From an uncultured Oscillospiraceae bacterium (GTDB lineage Bacteria > Bacillota > Clostridia > Oscillospirales > Oscillospiraceae), in contig CANQBA010000013.1 in the NCBI GenBank assembly GCA_947589545.1, forward strand, positions 3,873 to 67,872: 64,000 nucleotides of DNA. Reading direction: 5' to 3'. Position numbers and translations under genes: made by a program. Below, one piece after another: positions 24,821 to 34,436 of this stretch (positions within the stretch are counted from its first letter, which is position 1; each line of letters begins with the position of its first letter). The notes below the pieces were generated by a model, which made no database searches, had not been told where the DNA came from, and was given only the letters and a program-made list of their open reading frames with translations.

Positions 24821-27049
24821 TCACTTGTTTTGGGCGGCGTACCAATTCATCAGGCAGCCCTCCAGAATAATTTCGCGCTCTTTTTGCGTAAGCTCCGGGA
24901 GCTTCAGGGTGATCTCCGTCACCTGATCGCCGGAGAGCACCTTCGCGGGTACCTCCCTGGCCCCGGAGGCCACCGCCTTGCGGATGCCGGGGACGTAGAG
25001 GAGATCCCCCGGCTCGAAGGGGAAGGGGACGCCCTCGTCGATGTTGAAGGGCAGCATCCCCCAGTTGATGCAGTTGGAGCGGTAGCGCTTGGTGGCGTAC
25101 TCGTAGCAGATATTGGCCCCGCCGCCCAGCACCCGCTGGCAGGAGGCCGCCTGCTCACGGGCGGAGCCGTCGCCGGGGCGGTTGGCGAAAATGGCCGAGG
25201 CCAGGGCGGTATTGTCCGCGTCCGTGACGCCCAGCTTTTCGAAGGCCGCCAGAAGCGCCCCGTCGGGGGCCCTGCCCGCCCGCTCCCGGATGGCGTTGGC
25301 CCTGCCCACGTAGGCCGGATCCCGGCGGGAGAGGGCGAAGGTGGCCAGCTTCAGGGGGTTTGACCGGTAGCTGGAGGTGTCGCCGGAGGGGATCAGCTCG
25401 TCGGTGGTGGTCACCGGATCCCGAAGGACGCTGGCCAGCTCCAGGACGATGTTCTCCTTCAGCGCCGGGATGGCGGGCCACTCGGTGATGTTGGGGCCGA
25501 GCTTCAGCGCCTCCTCCGGGTGGGGGTCGCCAAAGCCGTTGTAGACGCGCTTGTCGTAGGCGCTCCGGTCATATTTCCGCTCCACGCTCTCGGGGGGCGT
25601 GTAGTCGATCTCGTCCGCACCGGTGAGGACGCCGCCGTTGCGGGCGGTGGCGGCGATGGAGCGGGCGTCCATCAGGGCCACGCAGGAGAGCTGTCCCTCC
25701 GCCGGCTTCGACCCCTCCCGGTTGGGGAAGTTGCGGGTGCAGTGGCGGACAGAGAGGCCGCCGTTCATGGGCACGTCCCCGGCGCCGAAGCAGGGGCCGC
25801 AGAAGCAGGGCTTGAAGACGGCGCCCATGGCGGTGAGAGCCTGGGTCACGCCGTTGTTCATCAGCTCCAGGGCCACGGGGAGGCTGGGCGGGTAGACCGT
25901 CAGGCCGAAATATCCCGCGCCGATGCCGCCGGAGGCCAGGATGGCCGCCGCCTCGGCGATGTTGTCGTACATGCCGCCGGAGCACCCGGCGATGACGCCC
26001 TGATCCACGTAAAGCTGTCCGTTTCGCACCTTGCTCAGAAGATCCAGCTTCACCTTGCCCTTGAATTTCTCCTCCGCCGACTTCTCCGTCTCCCGGAGGA
26101 TATCGGTGAGGTTCGCCTTCAGCTCCCGGATAGAATACGCCTCGCTGGGGTGGAAGGGCAGGGCGATCATGGGCTCCACCGTGGACAGGTCGATCTCCAC
26201 GCAGGCGTCGTAGTAAGCGCCCTCCCCCGGCTCCAGCTTCTGATACGCCCCCGGCCGGCCGTGGATCCGGTAATATTCCTCCACCCGCTCGTCCGTCTGC
26301 CAGATGGAGCTTAAGCAGGCGGTCTCGGTGGTCATCACGTCGATGCCGATGCGAAAATCCATGGGCAGGCTGGCAACGCCGGGGCCGGCAAACTCCAGGA
26401 CGGAGTTCAGGACGAAATGGTTCTTGTAGGTGGCGCCGCACAGGGCGATGGCCACGTCCTGGGGGCCCACGCCATGCCTGGGCGCGCCGGTGAGGTAGAC
26501 CAGCACCGTCCGGGGGTAGGCCACGTCGTAGGTGGCCCCCAGCAGCTGCTTGACGATCTCCGGGCCGCCCTCGCCCACGCCCATGGTGCCCAGCGCGCCG
26601 TAACGGGTGTGGCTGTCGGAGCCCAGGATCATCCTGCCGCACCCGGCCAGCTCCTCCCGGGCGTACTGGTGGATCACGGCGAAGGAGGGCGGCACAAAGA
26701 TGCCGCCGTATTTCCGGGCCGCGCTGAGGCCGAAGGCGTGGTCGTCGGCGTTGATGGTGCCGCCCACGGCGCACAGGCTGTTATGGCAGTTGGTCATGAC
26801 GTAGGGCACCGGGAAGCGCTGAAGGCCGCTCCCCTTGGCCGTCTGGATGATGCCCACATAGGTGATGTCGTGGGAGATGAGGCTGTCGAAGGAGACGCGC
26901 AGATCCTTCCCGCCGGCCCCCCTGTCGTGGGCGGTCAGTATGGAGTAGGCCACGGTCTTTTTCCGCCCCTCCTCCGCGTCCCGGCCGGAGGCTTCAAAAA
27001 CGGGCCTGCCGCCCAGATAAAAGGTTCCCTTGTCGTGTAATGTGACCAT
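24821..27049 (-). CDS. Aconitate hydratase (aconitase-family hydratase, Clostridial type)
   Basis: 742 aa. ILGSDSHTRYGALGTMG, Fe-S cysteine region NCHNSLCAVGG / CFCGPCFGAG, and a swivel domain at the C-terminus. Lies between citrate synthase and icd. Confidence 0.85.
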   Translation of the reverse strand: MVTLHDKGTFYLGGRPVFEASGRDAEEGRKKTVAYSILTAHDRGAGGKDLRVSFDSLISHDITYVGIIQTAKGSGLQRFPVPYVMTNCHNSLCAVGGTINADDHAFGLSAARKYGGIFVPPSFAVIHQYAREELAGCGRMILGSDSHTRYGALGTMGVGEGGPEIVKQLLGATYDVAYPRTVLVYLTGAPRHGVGPQDVAIALCGATYKNHFVLNSVLEFAGPGVASLPMDFRIGIDVMTTETACLSSIWQTDERVEEYYRIHGRPGAYQKLEPGEGAYYDACVEIDLSTVEPMIALPFHPSEAYSIRELKANLTDILRETEKSAEEKFKGKVKLDLLSKVRNGQLYVDQGVIAGCSGGMYDNIAEAAAILASGGIGAGYFGLTVYPPSLPVALELMNNGVTQALTAMGAVFKPCFCGPCFGAGDVPMNGGLSVRHCTRNFPNREGSKPAEGQLSCVALMDARSIAATARNGGVLTGADEIDYTPPESVERKYDRSAYDKRVYNGFGDPHPEEALKLGPNITEWPAIPALKENIVLELASVLRDPVTTTDELIPSGDTSSYRSNPLKLATFALSRRDPAYVGRANAIRERAGRAPDGALLAAFEKLGVTDADNTALASAIFANRPGDGSAREQAASCQRVLGGGANICYEYATKRYRSNCINWGMLPFNIDEGVPFPFEPGDLLYVPGIRKAVASGAREVPAKVLSGDQVTEITLKLPELTQKEREIILEGCLMNWYAAQNK

Positions 27050-27264
27050 TTCATCACCTCATAAAAGTTCTACGAAAAGTATAGCAGTTTTTTTGCGGCG
27101 TTTCAATACCTCCGCTTTGGTTGTTTGCATAAAAGTTCCCGCCGATTCTCTCCCCGCTTTTGGTCAAAGATGAATTTCTGTATATAAAACTTGCAATTTT
27201 TCCGGGAGAGGGTTATAATAACAGCTGTATCCGGGGGATATTCCCCGGCCGTGACCTTCGAAAA

Positions 27265-28641
27265 ATGAAAGAAGGAATCATTTTGGATTCAAATTTGACG
27301 GCCTCGCGTGAATACGCGGATCTGCTGACCGGCAATCTTATGCATTTTTACAGTATCCCAGGCTCGGCCTATGACGAAAACGTCAAGCGGGGACTGCGGA
27401 ACGCCGACGGCTCCGGCGTCATCGCCGGCGTCTCCAAGATCGGCTCCGTCCGGGGCTATTACATCGAGGACGGCCAGCGCGTCCCCCACGAGGGCAAGCT
27501 CTTCTACCGGGGCTACGACGTGGAGGACATCGTCAACGCCCACCGGCGGGCGGACACCTTCGGCTACGAGGAGGTGGCCTATCTGCTGCTGTGCGGCTCC
27601 CTGCCCACGCAGGCCCAGCAGGAGCGGTTCGTGGAGATCCTCTCCGCGGCCAAGACCCTGCCCGACGGCTTTTTTGAGAACGAGCTGATGAAGCGGCCCA
27701 GCCCCAACATCATGAACGCCATCTCCCGGGCGGTGGTGAGCCTGTACGCCTACGACGACAACCCGGACGACACCTCCGTGGTGAACGTCCTCCGGCAGTC
27801 CATCGAGCTCATCGCCCGGATGCCCACCATCGTGGCCCACACCTATGCCATGAAGCGCCACTACTACGACGGGGCCTCCCTCTACATCCACAACCCCAAA
27901 TCCGACCTGACCCTGGCTGAGAACTTTCTGCGGCTGGCCCGGCGCGACAAGAGCTACACGGACAAGGAGGCCAAGCTTTTGGACTGCCTGATGATGCTCC
28001 ACGCCGAGCACTCCGGCGGCAACAACTCCACCTTCGTCTGCCGGGCCGTCACCTCCACCGGGGCCGACACCTACGGCGCCATTGCCGCCGCCATCAACTC
28101 CCTGAAGGGCCCCCTCCACGGCGGCGCCAACGAGGCCGTCATGCACATGGTGGCGGATATTCTGGAGCACGTCAAGGATCCCAGGGACGACGGCGAGGTG
28201 GGCGCGTATCTGGACAAGATCCTGGACGGCGAAGCAAACGACCGCTCCGGCAAGCTCTACGGTCTGGGCCACGCCGTCTACACCATCTCCGATCCCCGCG
28301 CCGTGACCATCAAGGCGCTGATCGCCGAGATGGCGGAGACGAAGGGGTACAGCGACGAGTTCCTCATTGCCGAGCGGGTGGAGCGCCTGGGCGTCTCCAA
28401 GCTCATGGCCCGCAAGGGCAAGTCCATGCCCATCCCCGCCAACGTGGATCTCTACTCCGGCATCGTCTACAAGATGCTGGGCATCCCGGAGGATCTGTAC
28501 ACGCCCCTCTTTGCCGTCTCCCGCATCTCCGGCTGGTGCGCCCACCGTCTGGAGGAGCTGATCACCTCCGGCCGGATCATGCGCCCCGCCTACCGCTCCG
28601 CCGCCACCCGCCAGAAATATATCCCCATCGGGGAGCGTTGA
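27265..28641 (+). CDS. Citrate synthase
   Basis: NVKRGLRNADGSGVIAGVSKIGSVRGYYIEDG, HAEHSGGNNSTF and GLGHAVYTISDPRA (equivalent of GFGHRVY). ORF 27160 trimmed to MKEGI. The start is moderately certain. Confidence 0.9.
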   Translation: MKEGIILDSNLTASREYADLLTGNLMHFYSIPGSAYDENVKRGLRNADGSGVIAGVSKIGSVRGYYIEDGQRVPHEGKLFYRGYDVEDIVNAHRRADTFGYEEVAYLLLCGSLPTQAQQERFVEILSAAKTLPDGFFENELMKRPSPNIMNAISRAVVSLYAYDDNPDDTSVVNVLRQSIELIARMPTIVAHTYAMKRHYYDGASLYIHNPKSDLTLAENFLRLARRDKSYTDKEAKLLDCLMMLHAEHSGGNNSTFVCRAVTSTGADTYGAIAAAINSLKGPLHGGANEAVMHMVADILEHVKDPRDDGEVGAYLDKILDGEANDRSGKLYGLGHAVYTISDPRAVTIKALIAEMAETKGYSDEFLIAERVERLGVSKLMARKGKSMPIPANVDLYSGIVYKMLGIPEDLYTPLFAVSRISGWCAHRLEELITSGRIMRPAYRSAATRQKYIPIGER

Positions 28642-28737
28642 AAAATGCGCGGAAGCCGCTTACCCTCGCCGCCCGGCGTCTCCTTTTAATTAAATGGGTA
28701 TTTGCTTGAAAACTCTGAATAAGAGAAAGGAGACACG

Positions 28738-29241
28738 ATGGAAAAGTCGCTATTGGATTTGTTGAAGAACCTTCCGGGGGATACCTGGCTGTCTGAAACC
28801 GTCGGCATACGGAAAATCGAAAACGACGACGATCTATGGTACGCCGTTACAGAGTGCGAGCTCCTCCCGGAACAGGAGGAGTTTGTCAACCCAGCCGGTT
28901 TTTCCATAGGAAGAGCGTATCTCGCTCCCAACGATCATATCCCGTGCGTGATTTGCAAGGCCGGCGGTGAACGGATCGGGTTTATTGTTTTAAAGAAATG
29001 GAGCGGCTCCGGCGCGGGGTTTACCTGGAGCTATTTTATCGACCGCGGCTTTCAGGGCATGGGTTACGGAAAAGCCGCCGCAAAGCTTGCGATAAAAATA
29101 TTGCGAGCCGCCGACCCTAAAATGCCGATCAAGCTTTCTACGGAGGCATCCAACGTCAAGGCCCAAAAGCTGTACCGGTCCATTGGATTTACAAAATCAG
29201 ATGAGCTCGACGGCGACGACCTGGTTTTTATACTTCCTTGA
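28738..29241 (+). CDS. GNAT-family N-acetyltransferase
   Basis: 167 aa. FIDRGFQGMGYGKAAAKLAIKIL...NVKAQKLYRSIGF. AAAGGAGA RBS. Lower GC than the flanks. Confidence 0.8.
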   Translation: MEKSLLDLLKNLPGDTWLSETVGIRKIENDDDLWYAVTECELLPEQEEFVNPAGFSIGRAYLAPNDHIPCVICKAGGERIGFIVLKKWSGSGAGFTWSYFIDRGFQGMGYGKAAAKLAIKILRAADPKMPIKLSTEASNVKAQKLYRSIGFTKSDELDGDDLVFILP

Positions 29242-29539
29242 GGGAATAATGTCAACAGCTATTCTTGACCGACAGCTTCCAAAACCCTTCAGGAACTAAA
29301 GGATACGCTTCTATAAAAAGTCTCCGGGCCTTGTATCGCGCGCTCGAAAGGCTCCCTCTGACAGCGGAGAGCCAACCTCCAAGAGGTTTTGTCGCTTCGC
29401 GCTCCTCACGGGGCTACCCCCCTTGCGCGCTCGTGCGACTGTCCCCGGTGTACTTACCGAACAGATAAACCCGCCTCGTGTCTTTACCTGTTCAGCCAGT
29501 CTGAAAGAATGATCAAATTGTTGAGTTGGAGACAATATT

Positions 29540-29905
29540 ATGATAAAGCAGTTTTGGAAAGCGGTTTTAGAACAGGATGAAGATAGCATAAGGCAATACT
29601 TTCGGGATGACGCCTATGTGAACTGGCACTGCACAAATGAGCACTTCACTGTTGACGAGTTTATCCGAGCCAATTGCGAATACCCCGGCAAATGGGACGG
29701 TGAAATCGAGCGCATTGAAAACGCCGGAGACATCACGATTACCGTTGTGCGGGTTTATCCAAAAGACCGCTCCATGTCATTTCACGTTGTTTCTTTTATT
29801 CGTTTACAGAAAGCTAAAATCGTTTCTGTAGACGAATACTGGGCTGACGATGGCACACCACCACAGTGGCGGCAGGAATTAAACATCGGCAGTTCTATCA
29901 AGTGA
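29540..29905 (+). CDS. SnoaL/NTF2-like small protein
   Basis: 121 aa. MIKQFWKAVLEQDEDSIRQYFRDDAYVNWHCTNEHF... has the typical NTF2-fold N-terminal helix pattern. GGAGA RBS. Confidence 0.55.
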   Translation: MIKQFWKAVLEQDEDSIRQYFRDDAYVNWHCTNEHFTVDEFIRANCEYPGKWDGEIERIENAGDITITVVRVYPKDRSMSFHVVSFIRLQKAKIVSVDEYWADDGTPPQWRQELNIGSSIK

Positions 29906-30013
29906 AGTCCTCCTTGTCAATAGAAAAAATACATTAAAACTGAATATCGATAATCAGACCACCCATCACCGGCTCCCCAGGGATTTGCCGGTGCTGTTTT
30001 TTTGACCGTTTTT

Positions 30014-30063
30014 TTGACATTTTCATGGCCGTATGCTACAATACAATTATAATACAATTATAA
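30014..30063 (+). promoter_or_regulatory. glpK promoter with a perfect 11-bp tandem repeat at the transcription start
   Basis: TTGACA(30014-19), 17-nt spacer, TGcTACAAT(30037-42). TACAATTATAA x2 at 30042-52 and 30053-63. Confidence 0.6.
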
Positions 30064-30085
30064 AATGACGAAAGGGGCAGCCGGC

Positions 30086-31570
30086 ATGAAAAAGTATCTT
30101 CTGGCCCTGGATCAGGGCACCACAAGCTCCCGGGCTATTCTGTTCGATCTGGAGCAGAACATCGTGGGCGTCTCCCAGCGGGAGTTCACCCAGTACTTCC
30201 CCCAAAACGGCTGGGTGGAGCACGACCCGGAGGAGATCTGGGAATCCCAGCGGGCGGTGATGGAGGCGGTCATCGCCGAGTCCTGGGTCTCCCCCGGCGA
30301 GATCGCCGCCATCGGCATCACCAACCAGCGGGAGACCACGGTGCTGTGGGAGAAGGACACCGGAAAGCCCGTCTGCAACGCCATTGTCTGGCAGTGCCGC
30401 CGCACGGCGGACATCGTGGAAAAGCTGGTGGCCGACGGTCTGGGGGAGCACATCCGGGCCGTCACCGGCCTTGTGCCCGACGCCTACTTCTCCGGCACCA
30501 AGATCAAGTGGATCCTGGACAATGTCCCCGGCGTCCGGGAAAAGGCATTGCGGGGTCAGGTGCTTTTCGGCACCGTGGACACCTGGCTGCTGTGGAAGCT
30601 CACCGGCGGCGCGGTACACGCCACGGACGTGACCAACGCCAGCCGCACCATGCTCTATGACATCCACGCCCTGCGCTGGGACGAGACGCTTCTGAAGGCG
30701 CTGGATATCCCCCCGTCCGTCCTGCCGGAGGTGCGCTCCAGCAGCGAGATTTACGGCACTACCGAGATCGACGGGGTGCGGATCCCCGTGGCCGGCATCG
30801 CCGGCGACCAGCAGGCGGCCCTGTTCGGCCAGGGGTGCTTCGATGCCGGCGAGGCCAAGAACACCTACGGCACCGGGTGCTTCCTGCTGATGAACACCGG
30901 CGAGAAGCCCTGCGAGAGCCAAAACGGCCTTGTCACCACCGTGGCCGCCGGCCTGCCGGGGCATGTCACCTACGCCCTGGAGGGCAGCGTCTTCGTGGGC
31001 GGGGCCGTCATCCAGTGGCTCCGGGACGAGCTGCGCGTCCTCACCGAGGCGCGGGAGGCCGAGACGCTGGCCCTCTCCGTCCCGGACAACGGAGGCGTCT
31101 ATCTGGTTCCCGCCTTCACGGGCCTGGGTGCGCCCCACTGGGATATGTACGCCCGGGGCGCCATTGTGGGCCTTACCCGCGCCGCCACCCGGGAGCACAT
31201 CGTCCGGGCCGCCCAGGAGTCCATCGCCTATCAGGTGGCTGAGCTGGTGGCGGCCATGGAGGCGGACACGGGCATCCGAATGGACTCCCTGCGGGCCGAC
31301 GGCGGCGCCAGCCGGGATAAATTTCTCATGCAGTTCCAGGCGGACATCATCGGCAGGCCCGTCCGCCGCCCGGTGATCCGGGAGACTACGGCCCTGGGCG
31401 CGGCGTATCTGGCGGGCCTGGCCGTGGGGATCTGGCGGAACACCGGCGAGCTGCGCTCCCTCTGGCGCGTGGACGCGGAATTTACGCCGGCGATGACGGC
31501 GGATACCCGTCAAAAGCTGCTGTCCGAGTGGCAAAAGGCCGTGGGCCGCGCCAGGGGCTGGGCGAAATAA
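30086..31570 (+). CDS. glpK: Glycerol kinase
   Basis: [47 protein letters not shown] is the FGGY signature. Confidence 0.95.
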   Translation: MKKYLLALDQGTTSSRAILFDLEQNIVGVSQREFTQYFPQNGWVEHDPEEIWESQRAVMEAVIAESWVSPGEIAAIGITNQRETTVLWEKDTGKPVCNAIVWQCRRTADIVEKLVADGLGEHIRAVTGLVPDAYFSGTKIKWILDNVPGVREKALRGQVLFGTVDTWLLWKLTGGAVHATDVTNASRTMLYDIHALRWDETLLKALDIPPSVLPEVRSSSEIYGTTEIDGVRIPVAGIAGDQQAALFGQGCFDAGEAKNTYGTGCFLLMNTGEKPCESQNGLVTTVAAGLPGHVTYALEGSVFVGGAVIQWLRDELRVLTEAREAETLALSVPDNGGVYLVPAFTGLGAPHWDMYARGAIVGLTRAATREHIVRAAQESIAYQVAELVAAMEADTGIRMDSLRADGGASRDKFLMQFQADIIGRPVRRPVIRETTALGAAYLAGLAVGIWRNTGELRSLWRVDAEFTPAMTADTRQKLLSEWQKAVGRARGWAK

Positions 31571-31585
31571 ATCATCTGAATACGC

Positions 31586-31615
31586 AAAAAACTCCCGGAT
31601 CTCCGGGAGTTTTTT
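31586..31615. terminator. Bidirectional intrinsic terminator between glpK and ridA
   Basis: AAAAA-ACTCCCGGA-tc-TCCGGGAGT-TTTTT. Confidence 0.85.
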
Positions 31616-31632
31616 GCGACTGACTGCGGCGT

Positions 31633-32007
31633 TTATACCTCGGCGACGACCTCTACCTCCACTAAGACGCCCTTGGGCAGATCCTTCACCGCCACGCAGC
31701 TGCGGGCGGGCTTGGAGGTGAAATACCTGCCGTAGACCTCATTGAAGGCGGCGAAGTCCGCCATATGGGCCAAAAAGCAGGTGGTCTTGACGGCCTTTGT
31801 ATAGTCCGAACCGGCGGCCCTCAGCACCTCGCCCAGGTTTTTCATCACCTGCTCGGCCTGGGCCTGGATGCCGTCGGCCTCCACATTGCCCGTGGCCGGG
31901 TCGATGGGGATCTGGCCGGAGGTGAAGACAAAACCTCCGGCGGCCACGGCCTGGGAATAGGGGCCGATGGCGGCGGGAGCGGCGTCGGTGTGAACGGTTT
32001 TACTCAT
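31633..32007 (-). CDS. ridA: RidA-family reactive enamine/imine deaminase
   Basis: MSKTVHTDAAPAAIGPYSQAVAAGGFVFTSGQIPIDP...SCVAVKDLPKGVLVEVE. ORF 31633..32178 trimmed to the ATG after GGAGGT. Confidence 0.9.
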   Translation of the reverse strand: MSKTVHTDAAPAAIGPYSQAVAAGGFVFTSGQIPIDPATGNVEADGIQAQAEQVMKNLGEVLRAAGSDYTKAVKTTCFLAHMADFAAFNEVYGRYFTSKPARSCVAVKDLPKGVLVEVEVVAEV

Positions 32008-32029
32008 AAGGTTGACCTCCCGTAATTTT

Positions 32030-33229
32030 TTATTCGTCGATGAGCTTGAAGCCCTGATTTTTGAGGCCCTGGCGGATGGCCTTGATGTGCTCGAAGTTGC
32101 GCGTCTCCAGCTCCAGCCGGAGATAACAGCCGTTGATGTCGGAGCCCTCGTTGGCGTGCTCGTAGTGGACGGAGACAACGTTGCCGCCCTCCCGGGCGAT
32201 GCACCCGGCCACCTTCTCCAGCTGGCCCGGCTTATCCACCAGCTCGATGGTCAGCTGACAGCGGCGGCCGGACATGAGCAGACCCCGGTCGATGACGCGG
32301 GAGAGGATGCTCACGTCCACGTTGCCCCCGGACAGCAGGCAGACCACCTTTTTCCCCTGCACTGGCACCTTGTTGAACATGGCCGCCGCCACGGAGATGG
32401 CCCCCGCGCCCTCGGTGACCAGCTTCTGCTGCTCCATCAGGGCCAGGATGGCCGCCGCGATCTCGTCGTCGGTGACGGTGACCACCTCATCCACATATTG
32501 GCTCGTCAGGGCGAAGGTGTTCTCCCCCGGCGTTTTGACGGCGATGCCGTCGGCGATGGTGGAGACGGCGGGCAGGTGGACGATCTCCCGGTTTTTCAGG
32601 GAGCTGACCATGCTGGGCGCGCCGGCGGCCTGAACGCCGTAGACCTTCACCTCGGGATTCAGGGCCTTCACGGCGAAGGCGAGGCCGGAGATGAGGCCGC
32701 CGCCCCCCACGGGGACGATGACCGCGTCCATGTCGGGGATCTGCTCCATGAGCTCCAGACCTATGGTGCCCTGGCCCTCGATGACCAGCTCGTCGTCAAA
32801 GGGGTGGATGAAGGTGTAGCCCTTTTCATCCCGGAGCTTCAGGGCCCGCTCATAGGCGTCGTCGTAGACGCCCTCCACCAGCACCACCTCCGCCCCGTAG
32901 GACTTGGTGGCCTCCACCTTGGAGATGGGCGCGCCGTCAGGCAGGCAGATGACCGCCTTTATCCCGGCCTTTTGCGCCGCCAGGGCCACGCCCTGGGCGT
33001 GGTTGCCGGCGGAGCATGCGATGACGCCCCGCTGTTTTTCCTCGGCGGAAAGCTGGCTTATTTTGTAATAGGCGCCGCGCACCTTGAAGGAGCCGGTGAT
33101 CTGGAGATTTTCCGTTTTCAGGAAGATCTGCGCCTGGGGGTTGATGCGGGGCGCGTAGATCACATCGGTATCCCGGATGACCTCCTTGAGGACGTAGCGG
33201 GCGTGGTAGATCTTGTCCAGTGAGATCAA
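32030..33229 (-). CDS. ilvA: Threonine ammonia-lyase (threonine dehydratase) with a C-terminal ACT-like domain
   Basis: FLKTENLQITGSFKVRGAY (PLP lysine) and SAGNHAQGVALAA. TTG start immediately after the upstream stop. Confidence 0.9.
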   Translation of the reverse strand: MISLDKIYHARYVLKEVIRDTDVIYAPRINPQAQIFLKTENLQITGSFKVRGAYYKISQLSAEEKQRGVIACSAGNHAQGVALAAQKAGIKAVICLPDGAPISKVEATKSYGAEVVLVEGVYDDAYERALKLRDEKGYTFIHPFDDELVIEGQGTIGLELMEQIPDMDAVIVPVGGGGLISGLAFAVKALNPEVKVYGVQAAGAPSMVSSLKNREIVHLPAVSTIADGIAVKTPGENTFALTSQYVDEVVTVTDDEIAAAILALMEQQKLVTEGAGAISVAAAMFNKVPVQGKKVVCLLSGGNVDVSILSRVIDRGLLMSGRRCQLTIELVDKPGQLEKVAGCIAREGGNVVSVHYEHANEGSDINGCYLRLELETRNFEHIKAIRQGLKNQGFKLIDE

Positions 33230-34435
33230 TTAAAACTCCCCTTCCTTCTCGGGAATATTCGCTAAAAGACTGTCGGTGAACTGCTCCGCCGCCCGGGGCG
33301 TCATGCCGCCCCGGCGGAGGGCGAAGGCGCAGGCGCGCACATCGAGCCCGTCGTCTGCCGGGATGCCCTTGGCCGCGCACAGCTCGTGGACGATGCGCAG
33401 ATAGAGGGCCCTGGGGGGCCTGGTGAACAGGATGGTGAGGCCGAACCGGTCGGAGAGGGCCACGGTGTCCTGGATGGTGTCGCCCCGGTGCACGTCGTCC
33501 CCGTCCCGGTCGGAGAAGGACTCCTTCACCAGGTGGCGGCGGTTGGAGGTGGCGTAAAGGACGGTGTTGGGGGCCTTGACGCTGACGGAGCCCTCCAGGA
33601 TGGCCTTCATGGCGGAGAAGGTGTCGTCGTTCTTCTCGAAGCTCAGGTCGTCGATAAACAGGATGAATTTCAAGGGGTTGTCCCGCAAGTGCTCCATCAC
33701 CGCCGGGATGGACAGCAGCTCCGCCTTGGGCACCTCGATGAGCCGCAGGCCCCGGGGGGCCAGCAGGTTGGCCACGGCCTTGACGGAGCTGGATTTTCCC
33801 GTGCCGGCGTCGCCGATGAGCAGGGTGTTGGCGGCGGGCAGGCCCCGCAGCAGGGCCTCGGTGTTGTTGAGAAGCTCCTGGCGCTCCCGCTCGTAGCCCA
33901 CCAGATCCTCGATCCTTGTCCTGTCCGGCGTGTGGACGGGCACCACCTGCCCCTTCACCACCCGGAACATGGTGTGGCGGGCATACTGGCCGAAGCCCGT
34001 GACGTTGATTTTTGCCACGCGCTTTTCAAATTCGGCGGCGAAGTCCAGCTTCTCCGACGCAAACCCCGGCAGATAGCCTTCAAAGCCCAAAAGGCGCCTG
34101 AGATCCCCGGCGGTCAGGTCGGAGAGCTCCTGAAAAATGCCAAGCTCCCCACGCACCGCGTCGGCCAGCGTCTCCGGCACCGGCTTGCCGTGGGCCCGCA
34201 GAAGAATATATTCGTTCTCATCCTCGGCGGCGGCGTCCAGCAGATAGCGGCTCAGGTTATAGCCCCGCTCATAGAGGGCGGCGGCAAAATCGGCGTACCG
34301 CTCCACCCGCTCCGATTCGTCGCCCTCGCTCTCGAAAAAGGCGCGGAGGGCTTTTAAGACCGACGCGTTTTTCACGCCCCGGAAGACGACGATGGAGGCC
34401 AGCTTCGCCGCCGCCATTGGCAGACTTTCCAGCAT
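33230..34435 (-). CDS. DUF815-type P-loop (AAA+-like) ATPase of unknown function
   Basis: 401 aa. Walker A LLIGDAGTGKSSSVKAV, Walker B KFILFIDDLSFE. Packed between leuB and ilvA with gaps of 0-1 nt. Confidence 0.75.
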   Translation of the reverse strand: MLESLPMAAAKLASIVVFRGVKNASVLKALRAFFESEGDESERVERYADFAAALYERGYNLSRYLLDAAAEDENEYILLRAHGKPVPETLADAVRGELGIFQELSDLTAGDLRRLLGFEGYLPGFASEKLDFAAEFEKRVAKINVTGFGQYARHTMFRVVKGQVVPVHTPDRTRIEDLVGYERERQELLNNTEALLRGLPAANTLLIGDAGTGKSSSVKAVANLLAPRGLRLIEVPKAELLSIPAVMEHLRDNPLKFILFIDDLSFEKNDDTFSAMKAILEGSVSVKAPNTVLYATSNRRHLVKESFSDRDGDDVHRGDTIQDTVALSDRFGLTILFTRPPRALYLRIVHELCAAKGIPADDGLDVRACAFALRRGGMTPRAAEQFTDSLLANIPEKEGEF

Positions 34436-34436
34436 A

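Noticed and set aside
23607-28641. icd-aconitase / citrate synthase divergent cluster as something unusual.
   Set aside because: This is the ordinary oxidative TCA branch supplying 2-oxoglutarate in anaerobes. The eukaryote-like IDH subtype is known in bacteria.
33230-34435. DUF815 ATPase as part of a defence system.
   Set aside because: No nuclease, methylase, TIR, SIR2 or other effector gene is adjacent. Both neighbours are core biosynthetic genes.
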